Shown here piece by piece: positions 1-8,034 of a DNA stretch of 15,871 nucleotides. The stretch spans positions 1 through 15,871 of the forward strand of contig JAFGGO010000143.1 of the NCBI GenBank assembly GCA_016930515.1. The letters are read 5' to 3'. Position 1 is the stretch's first letter, and each line of letters starts with the position of its first letter. Source of the stretch: Promethearchaeota archaeon. GTDB taxonomy: Archaea; Asgardarchaeota; Lokiarchaeia; Sigyniarchaeales; SOKP01. The translations under genes were made by a program, and so were the position numbers. The notes under the pieces were generated by a model, which was given only the letters and a program-made list of their open reading frames with translations, searched no databases and was not told the DNA's origin.

Positions 1-462
1 CACCGACAATAAATCTGAAGTGTAGGTAATTTGTCTATCGGCTTCTGCGGACCAACCAGGATATTCACCAGTCAAGGTAAGAGATTTATTACCAGAACTC
101 ATATATTGCTGGAGCACATTATTATGACCATACTTTTCATCAATTACTTTAGATTCCATCCCTTGATAATCGTTAATGTTCCATGAGTATGGATCAATTC
201 TTCCTATCTCTTTATTCTCAAATCCCAATGATGCAGGATAAAACCCACTCATAGGGTTTAGATAGGTGATATTTCCAGGAGTAATTATCTTAATATCTTC
301 TCCTGCACTTATCATAGTATTAACTAAATTATCGCGATGTGCGCGAAAATTTCCAATAAATGGTGTAAAATAACCAAAAATAAGAGCTGAAGATACAGTA
401 ATAAAAATCAATAAAGATAATTTACTTTTTTTTACACATCTAAATTTGCAGTTTTTTTTCAT
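1..462 (-). CDS. Secreted/cell-surface protein, N-terminal 154 codons (runs off the left window edge)
   Basis: Hand translation from ATG at 462 gives an open frame to position 1: MKKNCKFRCVKKSKLSLLIFITVSSALIFGYFTPFIG...EDIKIITPGNITYLNPMSGFYPASLGFEN... A basic N-region followed by a hydrophobic stretch indicates a signal peptide/anchor. Not in the ORF track, presumably because no stop lies in the window. Confidence 0.8.
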   Translation of the reverse strand, partial: MKKNCKFRCVKKSKLSLLIFITVSSALIFGYFTPFIGNFRAHRDNLVNTMISAGEDIKIITPGNITYLNPMSGFYPASLGFENKEIGRIDPYSWNINDYQGMESKVIDEKYGHNNVLQQYMSSGNKSLTLTGEYPGWSAEADRQITYTSDLLSV

Positions 463-1499
463 TAATATCACTTAAACAAATAACATACTGTAAATAGAAT
501 AAAGGGTTAATTTTGCTAAAGAAGGATCGTTTATAAGATCTATCGATTAAACGTTATAATGCACGACTTTTCCCCTTCTCTTTCGATATTCTCCCTTAAC
601 TAATGCACCCCTTGAGTCCATCAAGCCTCGAATTTTGTCAGATCTAGGCAAGCGCCAAATTTTGAATTCCACATTCCTTAAAGCGCTCTTCTTGCGGCGA
701 TCATCCTTTTATCTTCTCTATCCTTATTAATATACATGATAAAGAATAGTATTTAAAATTTAATGGAAATGTGGAGAACTCTTCGCCATATAGGTCAATA
801 ATTCAATTTTGGATCTGAATGTAGTATGATATTAAATTAACGATTTTATATAAAACCATAAGGGTGAATATTAAACATATTTCTCTAATCAACATATAAT
901 AATTTGAATTTAAAACATTCAAATTTTTAAAAATCATTTAATATGTAATTCACCTCATTCAAAAATTTCACCTTTCATTGACGGAACGTATTGATAATAT
1001 CCAGTGGTAAGCGTTTTTCCGAGAAACTCGTCAAATTCCAGTATTCTCTCGTCTGGCGTTGCTTTTTGAATCATGTGCCGTTGAACCTGCCAAATGTTAA
1101 ATTAACCCCGCTCTACCCTTGTTCTCGAGACCTGAAGATCATGGGGCTTGTGTGGACGATTAATAATAAAAAGAGCAAAAACACCGATTAGGGGGGTTCT
1201 AAAGGCAAAATAAACCAATTATATGGATAATGTTTTTATCAATTTTTAGAATTGTTAAAATAATTTATAGGATCTTTAACCAGCATAAAAACCAATCTGG
1301 TAGAAAAGGGAATCACCAATCTTTCAAATTTTAAATTTTGTTAAAAATATTGGATCTTTTTAGCATTGGGAATATTTTAGAAAGCAGTTTAAGACGAATA
1401 AAAGTCTATTAGAAAAAAGAATTTAAAGAACTAAAAACTCTACAAAGATTTATATCGTATCCAATTAAAACTAGATTTAAATCAATAAAAAGGAGTTAT

Positions 1500-2771
1500 T
1501 TATTCTTTTTTTTCTTTCAGATTATTTAAAGCTATTTTCTTTAATTTAAAACCAAGTTCGCTTTGCATTCCCCAAATAGGGATGAAACCATAGCTAAGCT
1601 TCTGGTCGAAAGTACTTGTTGTATCATACGTGGCCAAATTCAAGTCGTATAGTCCATATGGCGATTCTCGAGCCACGACTTCGGCACTTCCCTTGAAAAG
1701 TTTCACCTTTACTGTACCCGTGACTTTTTTGTTGATTTCGTTAATAAACGCCTCAAGAGCGCCTCTCAAGGGATCCACCCAGAGCCCCTCGTAGGCAAGT
1801 TCCGTCCATCTCTGATCGACATGAGCCTTGAAAGAATTCTCGTGCTTGGTGCAAACATATTTTTCGAGGTCTTTATGAGCTTTTATCAGCATAATTGCTG
1901 CGGGAACTTCGTATGTTTCACGAGATTTCAAACCAATGGCCCTATCCTCCATGTGTTCGATGCGGCCCACTCCGTGCTTGCATCCAATGTCGTGCAATTG
2001 CCCAATCAATTTCACGGCACTCATTTTTTCTCCGTTTAATCCTACGGGAACACCCTCTTCGAAATTAATCATTATATATTCGGGTGTATCGGGTGCACTT
2101 TCGGGTGCCGTCGTCCACTCCCGAGCATCTTCAGGTGGTTCTATTTCAGGATGCTCCAATATATCACACTCGGCACTCCGGCCGAATAAGTTTTCGTCAG
2201 TGCTATATTTCTTGTTTTGGTTCGAAATGGGGATGCCATGCTCTAGAGCATATTTCATCTCCTCGTCCCGTCCCATATTCCATTCGATCATCGGCATTAG
2301 GATTTCGACATCCAGAGCGTGCGCCTTGGCAGTTACGTTGAATCTTATTTGGTCGTTTCCTTTCCCCGTGCATCCATGGGCTATGGCGGGGATATTTTCT
2401 TGTTTTGCAATTTTAACACCTTCTATCATGATAAGGGGGCGCCCTACCGCCGTGCTCAAGGGATATATACCCTGATAAAGCCCATTTGCCTTGATTGTTG
2501 GAAAAATATACTCTTTTAGGAATTTCTCCTTCAAATCAAGCGTGAAGTGCTTGACGGCTCCAAGTTTGTAGGCTTTTTCTTCTATCTCCTTGAATCGACT
2601 TTTGTCAGCGAACTCTTGGCCGAGGTCGGCCGTGAAAGTGTATATTTTTGCTTTATACTTGTCCTGAAGCCATTTTAACATGCAAGAGGTGTCCAGACCG
2701 CCCGAATAGAGCAATAATATCTTCTCGTAATGGCTTTTTTTTGGTCCTAAGGTAGTAATGATAATCTCCAA
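1500..2771 (-). CDS. argG: Argininosuccinate synthase
   Basis: Signature motifs LYSGGLDTS, HGCTGKGNDQIRF, YSTDENLFGRSAE, GLKSRETYE. The exact start is uncertain (TTG at 2771 used). Confidence 0.97.
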   Translation of the reverse strand: MEIIITTLGPKKSHYEKILLLYSGGLDTSCMLKWLQDKYKAKIYTFTADLGQEFADKSRFKEIEEKAYKLGAVKHFTLDLKEKFLKEYIFPTIKANGLYQGIYPLSTAVGRPLIMIEGVKIAKQENIPAIAHGCTGKGNDQIRFNVTAKAHALDVEILMPMIEWNMGRDEEMKYALEHGIPISNQNKKYSTDENLFGRSAECDILEHPEIEPPEDAREWTTAPESAPDTPEYIMINFEEGVPVGLNGEKMSAVKLIGQLHDIGCKHGVGRIEHMEDRAIGLKSRETYEVPAAIMLIKAHKDLEKYVCTKHENSFKAHVDQRWTELAYEGLWVDPLRGALEAFINEINKKVTGTVKVKLFKGSAEVVARESPYGLYDLNLATYDTTSTFDQKLSYGFIPIWGMQSELGFKLKKIALNNLKEKKE

Positions 2772-2850
2772 TTCAGAATAAATTTATAGTATAATATTGA
2801 ATATACCATTATCGTAGAAAAATTTTTACTTCGCTTCTATAACCCTCCTT

Positions 2851-2867
2851 TTCTCCAAAATGGAGAA
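2851..2867. promoter_or_regulatory. Perfect inverted repeat TTCTCCA-AAA-TGGAGAA in the divergent argG/receiver intergenic region; possible transcription-factor site
   Basis: 7-bp arms with a 3-nt spacer seen directly. Function is inferred from position only. Confidence 0.3.
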
Positions 2868-3019
2868 TCATTAGCAGAAGTAAGGTAAAAACATGGAAAA
2901 TGAAATTAATTGTGTGAGAATAATTCGTGGTAAAAAATCAAGGATAAACTTTAAATATTGAAATTCTCACTACTATTTTGTACAAATAGGATCATTTTTG
3001 AGTATATTTGTAGGAGTTA

Positions 3020-3391
3020 ATGAATAAGTTGGTATCGATATTTATTGTTGAGAACGACTTCTCTTTACAGGTGCTTTATAGGAAGATACTCGAATATGGA
3101 GGATTCAAGGTCATTGAAACTGCAATAACAGGAGATGAAGCGATAATAAAGTACAAAAAAATGCGAGAAAAACCCGATCTTGTTTTATTGGATTTTCGAA
3201 TGCCCATAAAAAATGGATTGGAAATTACTAAAGAAATATTGGATATAAATAAAGGTGCAACGATTATAGTAGCTAGTGGAGACGCAAGCGTTAAGGGCCA
3301 AGCTCTCGAAGTAGGAGCAAAAATTTTTTTAAAAAAACCTTTTACTGGCGAGAGGTTACTATGCGAGATCAATGAGCTCATGTTCCACTGA
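3020..3391 (+). CDS. Stand-alone CheY-like response regulator (receiver domain only)
   Basis: IVEND acidic pocket, phosphoacceptor LLDFRMP, ASG switch, KKPF. An SD-like AGGAG precedes the ATG. Confidence 0.92.
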   Translation: MNKLVSIFIVENDFSLQVLYRKILEYGGFKVIETAITGDEAIIKYKKMREKPDLVLLDFRMPIKNGLEITKEILDINKGATIIVASGDASVKGQALEVGAKIFLKKPFTGERLLCEINELMFH

Positions 3392-3538
3392 AACCCAATT
3401 ATGAAAAACGCACAAGGAACTATTTTTATGTGATTAAATAAAATTCTATGTACTCAGCTTCTAAAGGCTATAGATTTAAAAATGATTTATTGTAATAAAT
3501 AATAAATAGGTCAAATTTATAACATTTGTAAGGAATAA

Positions 3539-3649
3539 TTAAACTACCGTAGTTCATGCAAAATACGAATCGGTAAGATGTTTCATCGAATCGATGGAAA
3601 TATTAGGCCAAGTTGTCAAAATTGTCGAAATATATTGACGAAAAAATAA
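3539..3649 (+). pseudogene. Possible degenerate zinc-ribbon microprotein (RxxC-x18-CxxC)
   Basis: Open frame LNYRSSCKIRIGKMFHRIDGNIRPSCQNCRNILTKK*. The first codon TTA and the Arg codon CGT are each one substitution from TTG and TGT. AGGA lies at 3531-3534. Confidence 0.3.
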
Positions 3650-3703
3650 GTTGGTGATGCCATGTGGCAAGAACATCACGCTCACAACTAAAAAAGGAGG
3701 ATT

Positions 3704-4066
3704 ATGGTGATATCTGTATTTATTGTTGAGGACGACAAGTCAATTCAGATGTTATACCGCAAGATATTAGATTTAGTTGGATTTAGCGTGATTGGACTTG
3801 CTAATAACGGTGCCGAAGCCGTTGAAATGTATAAATCCATGGTTGATAAACCCGATATAATTCTCATGGATCATCGCATGCCTGTTAAAAACGGCTTAGA
3901 AGCCACGAAAGAAATCTTAAAGATCCACGCCGTTCAGAAAATTATATTTGCCAGCGCAGATAAAACGATTCGCGACGAAGCACTTTCCATAGGGTCTGCG
4001 GGTTTTATCGATAAACCCTTTAGTTTTGATAGGTTAATAAAGAAAATCAAGGAACTGGTTCCTTGA
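3704..4066 (+). CDS. Stand-alone CheY-like response regulator (receiver domain only), paralog of 3020..3391
   Basis: IVEDD, LMDHRMP, ASAD, DKPF motifs. Strong SD GGAGG at 3696-3700. Confidence 0.94.
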   Translation: MVISVFIVEDDKSIQMLYRKILDLVGFSVIGLANNGAEAVEMYKSMVDKPDIILMDHRMPVKNGLEATKEILKIHAVQKIIFASADKTIRDEALSIGSAGFIDKPFSFDRLIKKIKELVP

Positions 4067-4108
4067 AATTGAAATTCCGATCTAAACTTATAAGAATTTA
4101 TCTTTACC

Positions 4109-5128
4109 ATGAAAGTTAATTATCTTGATAAGTTTCAAGGCACATTCATTGGTGTAGCAATAGGCGACACGCTCGGATATCCTTTTGAGGGGTTCTTAAG
4201 GTCGGATATTTATTCTCGTTTTGTTGATTTTGAAGATTATATTTTTAAAAACAAATCTTTATTCAAGACATATACAGACGACACGCAACTCACGCTTCAC
4301 GTTGCCCAAGCATTAATTCGAGGGAATGGATATAATGCAAATAACCTCGTTAACGAGTTCGTGATGTGGTTGGATGATCCACCCATCGGTCCTGGATATG
4401 GATGCATTTCTTCTATCAGAAAGCTCAAGTACGGCACTCCGTGGAGGGAAGCAGCATCAAACTCAGGAGGAAACGGCGCAGCCATGAGAATCGCTCCTAT
4501 GGGTCTATTTTATTCTAGGGATATTGACTCATTGAAAAAAGCGGTATTGGATTCCTGTTCTTTAACTCATTCGCATCCTGCAGCTTCTGCAGGTGCTCTC
4601 GTGATTGCAAGAGCAATATCATTTCTGTTGTTTCAAGACCCAAAACAACGATTTTCGACGGAAGAATTTATTAATGTAATCTCTGAACCTGTTAACACTT
4701 CGAGCGAAGAAACATGGAGAGAAATGGTTAAAATTCTAAGGAAGGTTCAAAACAGCTTACACCTCAGTTTAGAAGAGGGTTTGGTACGATTCTCCCAAGC
4801 AGGTGTTAAACCACCGTATTTTATTGAAGATTATATCGGAGAAGCTTTCGTGCACCCTTATACGCTTAGCACCGTGGCTTGTTCTATCTTTGTGTTCTTA
4901 AAAAGATTGGATTCCTTCAAGGACTGCATTCTCGAATTATCAACTTCCGGAGGAGATTGTGATACGGTAGGAGCAATTGGAGGAAGTCTTGCGGGAGCTT
5001 TTTTTGGACTCAAAAGAATTCCAAGCGAATTCATCAAGTTAGTAAGAAATCAAAAAAAAATATTGAACACGAGCGAAGAATTATGTAAATCATTTTTAAA
5101 AAGATATTCAAATCAGTATTATAAGTAA
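4109..5128 (+). CDS. ADP-ribosylglycohydrolase (DraG/ARH family)
   Basis: GDTLG, YTDDTQLT, GNGAAMRIAP, THSHP and GGDCDTVGAIGGSLAGA motifs, with the metal-binding acidic residues intact. Confidence 0.95.
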   Translation: MKVNYLDKFQGTFIGVAIGDTLGYPFEGFLRSDIYSRFVDFEDYIFKNKSLFKTYTDDTQLTLHVAQALIRGNGYNANNLVNEFVMWLDDPPIGPGYGCISSIRKLKYGTPWREAASNSGGNGAAMRIAPMGLFYSRDIDSLKKAVLDSCSLTHSHPAASAGALVIARAISFLLFQDPKQRFSTEEFINVISEPVNTSSEETWREMVKILRKVQNSLHLSLEEGLVRFSQAGVKPPYFIEDYIGEAFVHPYTLSTVACSIFVFLKRLDSFKDCILELSTSGGDCDTVGAIGGSLAGAFFGLKRIPSEFIKLVRNQKKILNTSEELCKSFLKRYSNQYYK

Positions 5129-5135
5129 AGAATTC

Positions 5136-5714
5136 TTAATGTTTTTCCGGGAATTTCAAGAGGAAATCTTTTACAACCAAGGAGCAAGATTTGCAGAATG
5201 TTAGTGGTTTCTTGTCCGTGTCTCCAATAGTTTCTGAAAATCGCATCACGCAATCATTTTTGCAATGATTTAGCCCAAAAACATGTCCAATTTCGTGGAC
5301 GGCTTCTTTTAAGGTCCTTAATTCAAGCAAGGATTCATTTTTCTCCCTTCCGTAAAATTGCTCTTTTAAACGGCAGGTTGAAATGATTATATAACCTGGA
5401 AAGTTTAAATAAGATTTTTCAGCGATCCCAAAGATGAAGTTCATCGTTCTGGAATACATATCTTCTTCAAGCAAGCCTAATACGCAAATATAATCTTTTG
5501 ATGATAATAACTTTTTAAGATTTTCCAATATCGAATGAACATCGTATTGTTTTCGAGAGTTATTATAAAAAGATTCGAGTAAGGAAAAAGAATATTTAGA
5601 AATTTCTACCTTGCGAATTAAACCTTTAAAATTCCACTCCAAATTTTTCTTCAGTTTTAATAACTTTCCTTGATCAAACTGATCAATTCTTTGCAATAAA
5701 ATCGTTTTTTTCAT
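5136..5714 (-). CDS. Archaemetzincin (peptidase M54 family zinc protease)
   Basis: HEIGHVFGLNHC..CVMRFS...D.K...FCKSC motif plus NFIFGIA. Start reassigned to the ATG at 5714 (MKKTILL) because the upstream 44 codons of the track ORF look like AT-rich intergenic sequence. Confidence 0.9.
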   Translation of the reverse strand: MKKTILLQRIDQFDQGKLLKLKKNLEWNFKGLIRKVEISKYSFSLLESFYNNSRKQYDVHSILENLKKLLSSKDYICVLGLLEEDMYSRTMNFIFGIAEKSYLNFPGYIIISTCRLKEQFYGREKNESLLELRTLKEAVHEIGHVFGLNHCKNDCVMRFSETIGDTDKKPLTFCKSCSLVVKDFLLKFPEKH

Positions 5715-5867
5715 GGTATAGAATGGAGTTACGTATAGTTGTTTATTCAAATGAATGAAAATCTTAATATAGTAGAGTGACTTAAAAGTAAAATACATTG
5801 GTTTATTTTTTATTATCCAATAACAAGAGATTATTCTCCCACGCAAAAGTTCTTAGAGGTTACTTAT

Positions 5868-7742
5868 TTGTTTAATCTCAATCAAGATATCGATAATGAT
5901 AAGGACGAAAATTCTGATAAAAAACGTCTAAATTTATCTATATCAAAAGAATTCGTTAGATCAGCTCCTTTTCCAATAATAATTCTCAATAATCAATTGA
6001 AGATTTTTGATATTAACAACATAGGAGAAAAATTATTTAAAACGAAGAAAAAAGAAGCTATTGGTAAAAAGTTAAAATTTCTAATCCCATACTTGGAAAA
6101 CGTTGAAATTTTGCCAAAGATATTAGAAGTATTAAAAACTGGCGTTCCTTGCATTTTTAAAACAATAAAATTGTTCCCAGATAGCGTGGATAAATATTGT
6201 ATCCAAGCCTTCAAGAGCGGAAACTTTTTAGGAGTAGTTTTTTTAAACTCCACTGAATGTGACGAAAAGGAAAGGAGTATCAGGTATCAAAGGGATAGAG
6301 CCTTAAAATATTTGGATATCGCTGGAACCATCCTCGTTGCTCTCGACGAGAAAGGAACGATCACGCTCTTAAACAAAAAGGGGCACGAAGTATTAGGATA
6401 CAAGGATGGAGTTTTGGTTGGAAAAAATTGGTTCGACACGTGCCTTCCCAAAACGGAAAGCCATCAGGTTCGAGCCGTCTTTGAGAAACTCATTTCAGGA
6501 GAAATGGAAAGGGTAGAATTCTATGATAACCACGTAATAACGAAAGACGGAACGCTACGAATGATTGCCTGGCATAATTCCTTTATATTAAGCGAAGAGG
6601 GTAATATTATTGAGATCGTTAGTTCGGGCGTTGATATCACTGAAAGGAAAAAAGTCGAAAACCAGGTTAGGTTGCTTGCCTCAGCAGTAGAACAGGCAAG
6701 CGTGGGTATCGAAATTACCGATCTAAGCGGAAATGTGCAATTCATAAACAATGCGTTTGCTTCTGCACACGATTTTTCTCCTGAAGAGTTAATCGGAAAG
6801 AACATTTCAATCTTTCACACATCTGAGCAAATGGATGATGTCAACAATTCAATGGATCACACTCGAAAAAAAGGTGAATTTATTGGAGAAATATGGCATG
6901 TGAAGCGGGATGGGACGATTTTTCCCACTATGATGCATAATGCTCTCCTCCGGGATGAAAATGGCGAGGTCATATTTATGATTGGAACGATGCGCGACAT
7001 CACAGAACAAAAAATTTTAGAAACCGAATTACGCAAAATAAGCGATTTTAAAACAGATTTGCTTCGAAGGACATCTCACGAGTTAAAAACTCCACTAATA
7101 TCGATACTAGGGTTCACAAACCTTCTATTAGAACTCCATTCCTCCAACCTCGATGAAAAAATGATCTCGATTTTGAATGAAATAAGACATGGATGTTTTC
7201 GCATGGAAACAATCGTCAATAGCTTGTTAAAATCCTCCAAACTCGATTCAAAAAGCAAGAAATTAAAAAAAGAGAAAGAGAATCTCTCTTTTTTAGTAAA
7301 GTTTTGCGTGAACGAGTTAAATGGATTGATAGAAGAAAGAAAATTAAACCTCAGCGTTGATCTCCTAGAAGACATGTTCGTCGAGATTGTTAAAGAAGAC
7401 ATTTACGATGTGGTATCTCACCTAATTATTAATGCCATTAAATACACGCCATCAGGAGGTGCGATTAAGATTTATTCTGAAGTTGAAGACGAATTTTACA
7501 TCCTTAATGTCGAGGATTCGGGAATAGGAATCATATTTGAAGAACGAGAAAGGTTATTCCATAAATTTGGAAAAATTGAACACTATGGAAAGGGATGGGA
7601 CATAGGAATAGAAGGATTGGGTTTAGGCCTTTATAATTCGAAAAAGATCATTGAGTTTCACGATGGAGAGATGTGGGCGGAATCGAGAGGAAGGAATCTC
7701 GGTTCGAAGTTTTCCTTTTCCTTACCAATTTTTAAAGAATGA
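5868..7742 (+). CDS. Cytoplasmic multi-PAS sensor histidine kinase
   Basis: One degenerate PAS plus two PAS-PAC units (ending DITERK and RDITEQK). H-box SHELKTPL, N-box LIINAIKYT, G1 DSGIGI, G2 GLGLGL. No obvious TM helix. TTG start. Confidence 0.95.
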   Translation: MFNLNQDIDNDKDENSDKKRLNLSISKEFVRSAPFPIIILNNQLKIFDINNIGEKLFKTKKKEAIGKKLKFLIPYLENVEILPKILEVLKTGVPCIFKTIKLFPDSVDKYCIQAFKSGNFLGVVFLNSTECDEKERSIRYQRDRALKYLDIAGTILVALDEKGTITLLNKKGHEVLGYKDGVLVGKNWFDTCLPKTESHQVRAVFEKLISGEMERVEFYDNHVITKDGTLRMIAWHNSFILSEEGNIIEIVSSGVDITERKKVENQVRLLASAVEQASVGIEITDLSGNVQFINNAFASAHDFSPEELIGKNISIFHTSEQMDDVNNSMDHTRKKGEFIGEIWHVKRDGTIFPTMMHNALLRDENGEVIFMIGTMRDITEQKILETELRKISDFKTDLLRRTSHELKTPLISILGFTNLLLELHSSNLDEKMISILNEIRHGCFRMETIVNSLLKSSKLDSKSKKLKKEKENLSFLVKFCVNELNGLIEERKLNLSVDLLEDMFVEIVKEDIYDVVSHLIINAIKYTPSGGAIKIYSEVEDEFYILNVEDSGIGIIFEERERLFHKFGKIEHYGKGWDIGIEGLGLGLYNSKKIIEFHDGEMWAESRGRNLGSKFSFSLPIFKE

Positions 7743-7862
7743 TACGAGATTTTTTTAGCAACAAATTGAAAAAATTTTTTAAAATTCCTTGAATATATTA
7801 TTTATCACATTATTTCTATCACAGATAAAATAATTATTTTCTACGATAGTACTCTTTCCTAC

Positions 7863-7973
7863 GGGAGGGTAGTCTAGCCTGGTAAGCACAGTCTAACCTA
7901 TTGAATTAGACTAGCCCGGACTGATTCTTGGTTTGGGACCAAGGGGTCGGGGGTTCAAATCCCTCTCCTCCCA
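7863..7973 (+). tRNA. tRNA-Pro (anticodon UGG) with a 37-nt intron (7885-7921) at non-canonical position 21/22; CCA not encoded
   Basis: Acceptor stem GGGAGGG (7863-69)/TCCTCCC (7966-72), discriminator A7973. D-stem GTCT/TGAT. Anticodon arm CTTGG-TTTGGGA-CCAAG (TGG at 7934-36). T-arm GGGGG-TTCAAAT-CCCTC. Removing 7885-7921 yields a normal D-loop AGCCTGGTA|TGAT. Confidence 0.95.
7885..7921 (+). other. Archaeal tRNA intron with a bulge-helix-bulge splice motif
   Basis: Central 4-bp helix CTGG (7879-82)/CCGG (7916-19). 3-nt bulges TA^A (7883-85) and AC^T (7920-22). Flanking pairs C7878-G7923, G7886-C7915 and C7887-G7914. Intron hairpin AGTCTAA (7890-96)/TTAGACT (7906-12). Confidence 0.88.
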
Positions 7974-8034
7974 CTTTTCCCTTTAGTTCGTATTTAAATA
8001 GATTTTTCTTCAGTTCTAGTTTATTAATGCGAGT

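Noticed and set aside
1000-1013. TCCAGTGGTAAG resembling an archaeal ORB origin box within an AT-rich spacer
   Set aside because: Single imperfect copy, no adjacent G-string, no inverted partner and no orc1/cdc6 gene in the window.
991-1191. 66-aa plus-strand ORF in the track
   Set aside because: TTG start, no clear SD and no recognisable motif. It overlaps a more coding-like minus-strand frame.
1821-2519. Plus-strand ORFs of 66-179 aa
   Set aside because: Antisense shadows of argG.
3389-3700. Selenocysteine read-through or a SECIS element near TGA-ending genes
   Set aside because: The TGA stops fall at natural domain ends. The 3649-3689 hairpin lacks a properly registered UGA/GA kink-turn and long upper stem.
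5715-5846. N-terminal 44-aa extension of the archaemetzincin ORF
   Set aside because: Composition resembles AT-rich intergenic DNA, and it would leave only 21 nt for two divergent promoters.
5993-7402. Minus-strand ORFs within the histidine kinase (likewise 3076-3381 and 4297-4485 within other genes)
   Set aside because: Antisense shadows of well-supported genes.
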